Below are positions 7,786-15,767 of a stretch of 32,000 nt of DNA, in pieces. Made by a program: the position numbers and the translations under genes. Source of the DNA: Candidatus Scalindua sp. (GTDB taxonomy: Bacteria > Planctomycetota > Brocadiia > Brocadiales > Scalinduaceae). Position 1 is the first letter of the stretch; each line of letters starts with the position of its first letter. Under the pieces are notes generated by a model. The model worked only from the letters and a program-made list of their open reading frames with translations, ran no database searches and was not told the origin of the DNA. Location: the NCBI GenBank assembly GCA_031316235.1, contig JALDRA010000001.1:1140001-1172000 (forward strand). The letters run 5' to 3'.

Positions 7786-8436
7786 TTATTCTACCAGTGT
7801 TTTTGCCAAATGGGCAGACTTCAAGCCTCCATGGCGATTCGGAAACAGCAAGAGAGGATTTTACGTACTATGAATAAGCCAAAAGCGGCGTAAGAGATCT
7901 AGCGTTGTCTTTGGCAGTGGTACCAAACGGTCTTTATTACCCTTCTTGCTATCGCGGATATGCACCCTCATTCGCTGACCATTGACATCGCCAACCTCAA
8001 GGCATAGTCCTTCACCCAGGCGGAGACCAAGACTGTAAAGCACAAAGTAAAGAACCCGGTAACTGAGCCTTTTGGTCGCCTGAAATAGTTGGCGAGCTTC
8101 ACTAACGGTGATAATATCGGGCAAGCGTTGCATCTTGGGTGGTTTAATAAGATTAACTTCCACCCAACGTTTATGAAGCACATGAGTGTAGAAAAACTTG
8201 AGACCGTAGAGGTCTAATTTGACCGTGCTCCATGAATGGGTATCGAGGAGATTGAAAAAGTAATCGAGCAGTTGCTGTTCAGACAGATCGTGTATCTGAT
8301 GATCAAAATAGTCACCGATCCGTCAGATGGCACGTGAATAAGCCTCGATTGTTTTTGGCTGGAGACCTTTCAAGCGAAGGTGTTTTAGGTGCGTTTGGTA
8401 ATTTTTGTTGAAATTGGACTCAGATAATGTTTTCAT
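7786..8436 (-). pseudogene. Tyrosine recombinase remnant of the type that accompanies IS91-family elements
   Basis: AGGAGG RBS and ATG at 8436. The reading is MKTLSESNFNKNYQTHLKHLRLKGLQPKTIEAYSRAI*RIGDYFD...HSWSTVKLDLYGLKFFYTHVL...LGLRLGEGLCLEVGDV...KGNKDRLVPLP...FWLIHST*NPLLLFPNRHGG. It has two in-frame stops and lacks the HxxR and Tyr portion. Confidence 0.65.
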
Positions 8437-8541
8437 AGACCGGTAACCTCCTATTTGTTAATAGATTCACCCTTCCGTTGAGGGTGTGAGGTTACATTAT
8501 ATAATAAATTTCGGAATTCTGTTCTCCGCGATAGCGGCTTC

Positions 8542-8668
8542 GTCCAACAAATCAGTGGAGCCAACTCCTCCGTCATTTGCGATTCGATTATTCACAGGCT
8601 CTTTGTTTATCTTATTTATTTCTATTATTTTGTTTGCCAAACGGGGTAGATCACTTCAGACGTCAGGC
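8542..8668 (+). repeat. attC-like site, family 2 copy a (127 bp)
   Basis: 5' box GTCCAAC (8542-8548) and 3' box GTCAGGC (8662-8668, GTT degraded to GTC). Same family as 9866 and 18777. Confidence 0.55.
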
Positions 8669-8671
8669 AAA

Positions 8672-8810
8672 TATACTCATCTCATAATGGTTTTCGGATA
8701 AAATCCGGGATAAAATTGAGCGAGTAAAGTCCTCGGCGCTTTTTGTCCGGGGATACCTTCACCAAGATTTGGTTTCCGGTAAAACCGAAAACCAAATCGG
8801 TTTTAGTATA
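8672..8810 (+). mobile_element. MITE-1, long form (139 bp)
   Basis: TATACTCATCTCATAATGGTTTTCGGATAAAATCC...ACCAAATCGGTTTTAGTATA with imperfect TIRs and two internal hairpins. It carries a 27-nt insert relative to the 112-bp form. Confidence 0.7.
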
Positions 8811-8919
8811 TCTATGGACTGGAAGACATTCATGGCAAACACAATAGAAAGCCTGGCGTGTCCCATATTTTCCATTTGACTCCAAATTTCCGACTAATTC
8901 CCGAATTTTCTTATTGGAT

Positions 8920-9840
8920 ATGAAAAGAGTTCGAGTAAACTTGATAGTTATTGTATTTTTCACATGTTGCCTCAATGAATTAGAAAGTGCGGGGCATGGT
9001 CATAGCCATGGTATACACACATCCGCGAGTACTATTCGACTGCGAACAACTGAAAACTTTGATGTAGTTAATTTTTTCAAACCCATACATCCTAAAATTC
9101 CTGATTCTCTTGGTTTTGATATATACATGGCCCCTTTGATCATTCAGGAAATACCACCTGGTGGAGCAGGAGATATGACTGACCGGTTTGGTTTTGTTAC
9201 TGCGGATTCTTCTGGATGCCTTCATATTGATTCGGCGCGCCCTGTTGTTTATTATTCTCAGTCTTACGTTGATTTGGGTGGAAGCGTATATCAACAGATT
9301 TCTTACCTTTGGTGTTATGATAGGGGCAAAACAGAATGCTTTGGGAATAATATGGGAATTGCAGTTCAAGGTATTCGTATGACGATGGGTAGCGCCGGAT
9401 TCCCAGAGATAATTGAGGTCCTTGATGATACGAGCAATCACCGTATCCTTTATGTCTCCAGAACTCTAGAAGATACTGCAGTGGATTTATTTGGCAAACC
9501 CTTGCCGGGCACAAAATATTCCATTGAACGTAATCAAGAGGACTTACCTGATATTGTTGTTGCCCGGGCTGTAGAAAAAGGACCAGCACCTTCCGGGCCG
9601 TTTGTATATATTCAATCCTGTAGTCACGATATCACTACTTTACTTTGTCGTTGCGAAAATACCCAATTTGGGGATTTAGAAGGAGATATACTCTACGAGC
9701 TTTTACCGATCGAGGAACTCAAGAATGTTGGAATTAATGATACGATTTGGTCAAGGGAAATCCTAAACAACAAGTATCCACGGTCGAAGGAGGAAAAGGA
9801 CTTACTGTTGAGGGTTTTGCGGCTACCACCGGAGTTTTGA
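8920..9840 (+). CDS. Hypothetical exported protein (306 aa)
   Basis: ATG at 8920 is in frame with ORF 8914..9840. It has a hydrophobic N-terminus (LIVIVFFTCCL) followed by HGHSHGIH. No family recognised. Confidence 0.55.
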   Translation: MKRVRVNLIVIVFFTCCLNELESAGHGHSHGIHTSASTIRLRTTENFDVVNFFKPIHPKIPDSLGFDIYMAPLIIQEIPPGGAGDMTDRFGFVTADSSGCLHIDSARPVVYYSQSYVDLGGSVYQQISYLWCYDRGKTECFGNNMGIAVQGIRMTMGSAGFPEIIEVLDDTSNHRILYVSRTLEDTAVDLFGKPLPGTKYSIERNQEDLPDIVVARAVEKGPAPSGPFVYIQSCSHDITTLLCRCENTQFGDLEGDILYELLPIEELKNVGINDTIWSREILNNKYPRSKEEKDLLLRVLRLPPEF

Positions 9841-9865
9841 TCTAGTACAACAGCAACCATTAAAA

Positions 9866-10128
9866 TCCTAACAAATCTGTGGAGTCAACCCCTCCGTCAT
9901 TTGTGATTCGATTATTTTCAGGTTCATTGTTTATCTTATTTTTATCTATACTCATCTCATACTGGATTTCGGATAAAATCCGGGATAAAATTGAGCGAGT
10001 AAAGTCCTCGGCGCTTTTTGTCCGGGGATACCTTCACCAGGATCTGGTTTCCGGTAAAACCGGAAACCAAATCGGTATTAGTATATTATTTTATTTACCA
10101 AACGTGTTTGCTTACCTCAACGTTACAG
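9866..10128 (+). repeat. attC-like site, family 2 copy b, split by a MITE
   Basis: 5' box TCCTAAC (9866-9872) and 3' box GTTACAG (10122-10128). It is collinear with 8542-8668 once 9947-10085 is removed. Confidence 0.55.
9947..10085 (+). mobile_element. MITE-1, long form, inserted in an attC with a TA duplication
   Basis: The occupied site reads TATC-TA-[TACTCATC...TTAGTA]-TA-TTATTTT. The empty-site equivalent in copy 8542 reads TTTC-TA-TTATTTT. Confidence 0.75.
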
Positions 10129-10179
10129 GAAAACACATTAACAAAATTTGTAATTTCAGCACTTCATAAGGAGCAAAAA

Positions 10180-10758
10180 ATGTCAAAGAGTATAAAAGGA
10201 TCCCAAACCGAGAAAAATTTACTCACAGCCTTCGCTGGAGAATCTCAGGCGAGAAATAGATATACCTTTTTTGCAAGTAAAGCTAAAAAAGAAGGTTTAG
10301 TCCAAATTTCAGATATATTTGAAGAAACTGCAAACCAGGAAAAGGAACATGCCAAACGATTCTTTAAATTTCTTGAAGGTGGTGAGGCGGAAGTTTCAGC
10401 GTCTTTTCCCGCAGGTACAATTGGAAGCACAGTAGAAAACCTTAAAGCAGCAGCGGCTGGTGAAGAATATGAATGGACAGAAATGTATCCAGGATTTGCC
10501 AGGATCGCAAAAGAAGAAGGATTTGAAGAAATAGCAAAAGCATTTGAGGCTATATCTGTGGCAGAGAAGCAACATGATAAACGGTATAAGGATCTTGCCG
10601 ATAACCTTGAGGCGGGTAGAGCATTTAAAAGAAATAACAAAGTAACATGGCGCTGCAGAAACTGTGGTTATTTGCACGAAGCTGATGAAGCGCCAGAATT
10701 ATGCCCGGCTTGCCTTCATCCACAGTCTTATTTTGAATTATTAGGTGAAAACTGGTAA
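10180..10758 (+). CDS. rbr: Rubrerythrin
   Basis: AAGGAG RBS. MSKSIKGSQTEKNLLTAFAGESQARNRYTFFA, ExxH di-iron motifs, and a C-terminal rubredoxin-like CRNCG...CPAC. Confidence 0.9.
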   Translation: MSKSIKGSQTEKNLLTAFAGESQARNRYTFFASKAKKEGLVQISDIFEETANQEKEHAKRFFKFLEGGEAEVSASFPAGTIGSTVENLKAAAAGEEYEWTEMYPGFARIAKEEGFEEIAKAFEAISVAEKQHDKRYKDLADNLEAGRAFKRNNKVTWRCRNCGYLHEADEAPELCPACLHPQSYFELLGENW

Positions 10759-10824
10759 AGAAAGTGCAAATGACCATTGATTGTATAACAAAAGCAGTCT
10801 CTTACCTGATCGGGCAAGAACTTT

Positions 10825-10881
10825 GCACAACGGATTCGATGCAGCAACATGCAAGGCCGACAATGGTTGAGGACGTTGAGC
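10825..10881 (+). repeat. Short (57 bp) attC-like site
   Basis: GCACAAC (10825-10831) and GTTGAGC (10875-10881, fits GTTRRRY). The flanking arms GCACAACGGATTC and GAGGACGTTGAGC are 9/13 complementary. Confidence 0.35.
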
Positions 10882-10905
10882 GAAACCTGAACGAGGTACT
10901 GAAAT

Positions 10906-12129
10906 ATGGAGATAACTGACGGGGTATTGCGAATTGGACCCGGCTTAGCGGCAACGTTCGGCATTATCGTACTGTTCGTGGGCAAGCGGGTGAATGAAAA
11001 GATCACATTCCTGCAGGAGTTCAGCATCCCGAAGCCGGTTACCGGTGGGCTGTTTTTCTCGATACTGTTCGCCACCGTGTACGCGGCGACGGGCGTGGCG
11101 GTCGAGTTTGATCTCGCGGCCCGGGACTTCCTCCTGGTGTATTTCTTTACGGCCATCGGCATTAACTCCAGCGTCAAAGACCTGCTGACCGGGGGAAAAC
11201 CGCTCGTCGTCCTTCTGGTAATTACCATTTTGTACATGGTCCTCCAGAACCTGACCGGCCTGTCCGTAGCGGCACTCTTCGACTTGCCCGCCGCGGTTGG
11301 CCTTCTGGGCGGTACGGTCTCGCTGATCGGAGGCCACGGTACCGCAATCGCCTGGGCCCCGCGGATCGCGGAAGACTACGGCGTATCCAATGCCATGGAA
11401 GTCGGTATCGCCTGTGCGACCTTCGGCTTGATTCTGGCGAGCCTCATGGGTGGCCCGATCGCCAAGTTCCTGATCACCCGTCACGCTCTCACGCCCGACA
11501 AGGCTGACACCTTGGACGTGGGGGTATCTGAGGAAAAAGGTGATGGTGCGATCGGTTCCATGAACTTTCTAGACGCCATCCTCGCCATCCATCTGAGCGT
11601 GCTTTCCGGGCTGCTGCTTAACGATGGATTGAAAAGGCTGGGGCTCGAGCTGCCCTTGTTCGTCACATGTCTGTTTGCCGGACTCCTCCTTACCAACCTC
11701 ATCCCTGCCAATTTCCCGCGTTTCAGCGGAATGCGCTGGCCCAGTCGCACACCGTCCATGGCCCTGATCGCCGACGTCGCACTGGGGACCTTCCTGGCCA
11801 TGTCACTCATGAGCATGCAGCTATGGGCATTGATCGATCTGGCCGGGCCCATCTTCACCCTTCTCGCGGCTCAATTCGCAATCGCGGTGGCCATCAACAT
11901 ATTTGTTGTCTTCCCCCTCATGGGCCGCACGTATGACGCCGCTGTGGTGTGCGCCGGTTTTGGCGGTATCTCCCTGGGCTCGACACCCACGGCCATGGCC
12001 AATATGTCTGCGGTGACGCAGCGGTACGGCGCCTCCCACCTTGCCTTCGTCATCGTGCCCCTGGTGTGCGCATTTTTCATCGACCTGGTCAACGCATTGC
12101 TGATCCCCTTCTTCCTCGCCAAATTCTAG
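10906..12129 (+). CDS. gltS: Sodium/glutamate symporter
   Basis: Collinear resemblance to E. coli GltS (IPEPVAGGL to IPKPVTGGL, GGHGT, ACATFGL). GC-rich island. Confidence 0.85.
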   Translation: MEITDGVLRIGPGLAATFGIIVLFVGKRVNEKITFLQEFSIPKPVTGGLFFSILFATVYAATGVAVEFDLAARDFLLVYFFTAIGINSSVKDLLTGGKPLVVLLVITILYMVLQNLTGLSVAALFDLPAAVGLLGGTVSLIGGHGTAIAWAPRIAEDYGVSNAMEVGIACATFGLILASLMGGPIAKFLITRHALTPDKADTLDVGVSEEKGDGAIGSMNFLDAILAIHLSVLSGLLLNDGLKRLGLELPLFVTCLFAGLLLTNLIPANFPRFSGMRWPSRTPSMALIADVALGTFLAMSLMSMQLWALIDLAGPIFTLLAAQFAIAVAINIFVVFPLMGRTYDAAVVCAGFGGISLGSTPTAMANMSAVTQRYGASHLAFVIVPLVCAFFIDLVNALLIPFFLAKF

Positions 12130-12533
12130 CCGCTGGGCTACCCTCAGGGCAGTCGGAGGCTGGCAGAAATTCCGAAAACCCTGACATCTCGTTTTAGGAA
12201 TTGGATGGCAGGCTGGGGTGATTGGGCCACTGAGAAAGGAAAGATGGTGAAAAGGGGAAAATTGCTGCCTGATCGGCCATTTGCAATCAAGACATAAATG
12301 CTGCCATACTATTACTGTCTTTTGAAAGTATTCTCATATTCGCATAGGAGAGGTATGCACTTTTCATATGAAAAGGTAAAATTACGTAAGTCCAGACAGA
12401 TTTAATAGGTGATTTTTTTATTTTATTCAATTGAAAAAAGAAAAAACAGGTAGTAATATGCAATTTTGAAGTCTCAAGTAACTCAAATTGAAAGAAACTG
12501 GAGTATTGAATACCCATAGACCCAGCGGTTTCG

Positions 12534-12667
12534 CACAACTGAATTTTATCAGTAATTGAGCTTGTTTACAGGAAGATGCATCAAAATTGCAGACACCTTT
12601 CTGGTCTTTAGAACGGTATTGTAATTTTTTACAGCTCAACTATCGATAAAATCCTTACCGTTATGAA
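12534..12667 (+). repeat. attC-like site (singleton, 134 bp)
   Basis: GCACAAC (12534-12540) and GTTATGA (12661-12667). The arms TGAATTTTATC/GATAAAATCC and AGTAATTGAGC/GCTCAACTATC pair. Confidence 0.5.
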
Positions 12668-12685
12668 AGAAATTATAATAACGCT

Positions 12686-12714
12686 TGACATTATTAACGA
12701 GATGCAATACTATC
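12686..12714 (+). promoter_or_regulatory. Sigma70-like promoter of higBA
   Basis: TTGACA (12686-12691), a 17-nt spacer, then TACTAT (12709-12714). The ATG lies 7 nt after the -10 box and there is no SD. Confidence 0.5.
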
Positions 12715-12720
12715 TAATAA

Positions 12721-13002
12721 ATGATAAAAAACTTTGCTTGCAAAGAAACAGAGGAAATATACAATCGTCGAATATCACTCAAACTTCCGCGGGATATACA
12801 AAAAACTGCCCGGAGAAAACTTGAAATACTTGAAGGTGCTGAAGCCCTGATGGATTTACGTATACCACCGGATAATCATCTTGAAAAACTATCGAAGGAC
12901 AGGAAGAGGCAATATAGTATCCGTATTAATGATCAATGGCGTATATGTTTTGAATGGCGTGGAGGAGATGTTTACAACGCTGAAACAGTAGATTATCATT
13001 AA
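12721..13002 (+). CDS. higB: HigB-type toxin (RelE/ParE superfamily killer protein)
   Basis: [52 protein letters not shown]...VDYH matches the HigB signature. Confidence 0.85.
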   Translation: MIKNFACKETEEIYNRRISLKLPRDIQKTARRKLEILEGAEALMDLRIPPDNHLEKLSKDRKRQYSIRINDQWRICFEWRGGDVYNAETVDYH

Positions 13003-13012
13003 GGAGGTAACG

Positions 13013-13318
13013 ATGACAAAAAAGCTATTAGATCCAATTCATCCGGGTAAAATTCTTATGGAAGAATTTCTCAAACCCATGGGTATTAGTCAGTACAGGC
13101 TGGCTAAAGATATTAATGTACCTGCACGTAGAATAAATGAGATTGTTCAGGGGAAACGTTCTATAACTCCGAATACAGCTTTAAGATTATCAAGATTTTT
13201 CGGTCTTTCAGAAAGGTTCTGGGTGAATCTTCAGGCTAGATACGATCTTGAAATAGAAAAAGATAGATTAAAGAATCGACTTGATGAAGAAGTGCATGTT
13301 TACACTTCTGCAATATAA
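13013..13318 (+). CDS. higA: HigA antitoxin (XRE-type HTH)
   Basis: IHPGKILMEEFLKPMGISQYRLAKDINVPARRINEIVQGKRSITPNTALRLSRFFG. AGGAGG RBS, starting 10 nt after higB. Confidence 0.85.
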   Translation: MTKKLLDPIHPGKILMEEFLKPMGISQYRLAKDINVPARRINEIVQGKRSITPNTALRLSRFFGLSERFWVNLQARYDLEIEKDRLKNRLDEEVHVYTSAI

Positions 13319-13339
13319 ACAGTTTTGCAGCGAACCTAT

Positions 13340-13464
13340 ACATAACAAGCGCATGAAGCCAACCACCAATAACTATGCGATTTAATATTTATTGAGGCTG
13401 CCGCTCCAAGCCTCTATTGCAGGCCTGCCGCACAGGTGGTGGTTGCTTAAGCAAAACGTTCGGC
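13340..13464 (+). repeat. attC-like site, family 1 copy B
   Basis: 5' box ACATAAC (13340-13346) and 3' box GTTCGGC (13458-13464). About 80% identical by eye to copy A. Confidence 0.65.
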
Positions 13465-13525
13465 GCCAGAAAAAAAATAGCAGGAATAGTCCTGGCTTTA
13501 CTATGAAAACGGGAAGGAGCACATC

Positions 13526-14470
13526 ATGAAAGCATATGTACTGAATGAAGCAGGGGCCGTTGAAAATCTGCTACTGAAAGAAGTCGAAAAACCTGAGATC
13601 AAGGCAGACGAAGTGTTGGTTGAAACGAAAGCAATCAGCATTAACCCGGTAGATGTAAAAGTGAGACTGATGGATGAAGTCATCACTATGATTATGGGTA
13701 CGGAAGATCGTCCGGTCATCCTTGGCTGGGATATAGCCGGAACCGTTGTTGCGATCGGCGAAGAAGTCAGCGAATTTGAGGTTGGCGACAAGGTGTTCGG
13801 CATGGTCAATTTTCCAGGCCAGGGCAAAGCCTATGCCGAGTACGTTGCATCACCGGCCTGCCATATGGCTGTTATGCCGGAAAAGGTAACATTCGAAGAA
13901 GCCGCGGCAACCACACTGGCCGCACTGACCGCACTGCAGGTGTTACAGCCTCGTGTCAAAAAGGGTGACCGCATTCTAATCCACGCCGGTTCCGGTGGTG
14001 TTGGACATTTCGCGATTCAGATGGCTAAGAGACTCGGCGCATATGTGATTGCCACCTCCTCTGCCAGGAACCGTGATTTCATCATGTCACTCGGCGCAGA
14101 TGAGCACATTGACTACCGTGAGCATAAGTTCGAAGAGATCCTGTCGAATATAGACTTCGTCCTCGACGGCATGGGTGGTGAGGTCCTTGAGAACTCTCTG
14201 AAAGTTGTCAAAGAGGGTGGTAAAATCGTCTCCCTGCCCACCCATCAATTCCCGAAAGACCTGCAGGTAGAGGCGGACCAACGCAAGATCAAACTGGAGT
14301 TCGTCCTTGTCCAGTCGAGCGGTGAAGATATGAATACCCTGAAAGCCATGCTCGAAAACGGCGAACTGAAACCTCATGTTTCAAAAATCTTCCCGTTTGA
14401 GAACATGGCGGATGCCCATGTACAGATTGAATCCAGTCGAACTGTGGGCAAAGTGATTGTTAAGCGCTAA
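13526..14470 (+). CDS. NADPH:quinone oxidoreductase-like MDR-family protein
   Basis: N-terminal GroES-like fold pattern (MKAYVL...EVLVETKAISINPVDVKVR) and the Rossmann motif HAGSGGVGHFAIQ. Confidence 0.8.
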   Translation: MKAYVLNEAGAVENLLLKEVEKPEIKADEVLVETKAISINPVDVKVRLMDEVITMIMGTEDRPVILGWDIAGTVVAIGEEVSEFEVGDKVFGMVNFPGQGKAYAEYVASPACHMAVMPEKVTFEEAAATTLAALTALQVLQPRVKKGDRILIHAGSGGVGHFAIQMAKRLGAYVIATSSARNRDFIMSLGADEHIDYREHKFEEILSNIDFVLDGMGGEVLENSLKVVKEGGKIVSLPTHQFPKDLQVEADQRKIKLEFVLVQSSGEDMNTLKAMLENGELKPHVSKIFPFENMADAHVQIESSRTVGKVIVKR

Positions 14471-14491
14471 GAAAACTTCGCACAATACTGC

Positions 14492-14631
14492 GCCGAAGAA
14501 TTGCTTTCAGCGCAAAGGATATATAGATCCTGTGGATTTCAGGAAGTTTCACGAGAACCGTGGGAATGCGATAAGACACAGAGTAAAATCCACTACCAGA
14601 AAAAATGATACTCTTTATAAGGGCGTTGGAC
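14492..14631 (+). repeat. Degenerate attC-like site
   Basis: GCCGAAG (14492-14498) is complementary to the TTCGGC that opens this cassette. The 3' box GTTGGAC (14625-14631) fits GTTRRRY and is followed by AAGGAG and an ATG. Internal pairing is weak. Confidence 0.3.
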
Positions 14632-14644
14632 AAAGGAGATTTAT

Positions 14645-15613
14645 ATGAAATCACCACCAAAAAGCAACTTTTTAGTCACTGAACGTTTTTTTTCACAGGA
14701 TGACAACAACCTCTCTATTGGCCTTGCCAACATTCACGCGGTTGTGCCCGATATTGAGGCCAACAAAGAGAAAATGCTTCTGGCTACGCAGATTTTCAAG
14801 GAGAGGAAAGTAAACGTCGCCATATTTCCTGAGTTCTGCCTTTCAGGATATTTCTGGGAAGACGAGAACGAGTGCCGCTTATATATGGACAAAGCCGTCA
14901 TTGAGAATCATCGGGATTGGGTAGTATCGACTTTGAAGCCGTGCCTTGATGACAATCTTCGGGCTATTGTCTTCAATAACATCCGCATAGGCCGTGAGGG
15001 AAAATATCTCAATTCGACGATGATTTTGGCCCACGATCACTTGGATGCTGACGGCACATACGAGAAAACGTTTCTTCCTCCTCTGGAAAAGGTCTACACG
15101 GTAAGCGGGAGGGACGATCACCTTGTTGTAGATTCGCCTCACGGTAAGTTTGGCTTTACAACTTGCTACGATGTAATGTTTACCCACTTGTTGCTTGAAT
15201 ACTCCAAAATTGAGGAAGTCGATGCCGTGATTCAGCTTGCTTCTTGGCGAGCCATGGCGCGGAGAGATTATCCTGAAATAAATGTCAAGTCAGATACCTA
15301 TTATGGCTACTTGTGGGATGTGATGATGGCAGCGACTGCGGCCACTAATCAGATCTGGGTGATTGCGTGCAACGCCGTTGGCGTAAATGCCATGACGGGA
15401 GCAAGGTTTTGGGGCGGATCGGGAATTTGGGCGCCATCAGGCTTGCCGCTTCTCCAAGCTTCGCGAATCAATGAAGAACTGCTAATTGTCCACAACATTG
15501 ATATCAAGGCTCATCGTGAGTTCGAAAAAGACGACTTCGATTACGCCATGGACTTTAAATCTGTTTACAGACCTATCGAAGGGAAGCGAACATTTTCGCG
15601 GATTGGTATTTAA
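14645..15613 (+). CDS. Carbon-nitrogen hydrolase (nitrilase superfamily)
   Basis: Context of the Glu-Lys-Cys triad: VAIFPEFCLSGY and GFTTCYDVMF. Confidence 0.8.
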   Translation: MKSPPKSNFLVTERFFSQDDNNLSIGLANIHAVVPDIEANKEKMLLATQIFKERKVNVAIFPEFCLSGYFWEDENECRLYMDKAVIENHRDWVVSTLKPCLDDNLRAIVFNNIRIGREGKYLNSTMILAHDHLDADGTYEKTFLPPLEKVYTVSGRDDHLVVDSPHGKFGFTTCYDVMFTHLLLEYSKIEEVDAVIQLASWRAMARRDYPEINVKSDTYYGYLWDVMMAATAATNQIWVIACNAVGVNAMTGARFWGGSGIWAPSGLPLLQASRINEELLIVHNIDIKAHREFEKDDFDYAMDFKSVYRPIEGKRTFSRIGI

Positions 15614-15767
15614 AGGTCGGGAGTGATGATTCTTTAACACCGATTTTCACAGGTATTTAAAACGTTAGCAATGAAACGGATGACAAAAAGAGGTGAATTT
15701 TTAACTGCCGCCAAAGTTGGAATAAAGGGTTGCGTCCTCTTTTTCCTTTTTTTCAACCGTAAACAAC

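Noticed and set aside
8486-10169. ORFs 8486..8701, 8682..8975 (-) and 9879..10169, and similarly 27902..28132 (-) and 30910..31128 (-)
   Set aside because: They read straight through attC-like repeats and MITE copies, and near-identical peptides recur wherever the repeat recurs. They are repeat-derived frames, not genes.
10945-12197. Many long antisense or alternative-frame ORFs inside gltS (10945..11484 -, 11481..11858 -, 11667..11936 +, 11821..12039 -, 11871..12122 -, 11949..12197 +)
   Set aside because: These are the expected by-product of high GC content, where stops are scarce. The peptides are Arg/Pro/Gly-rich and low in complexity, whereas the + frame has a clear GltS match.
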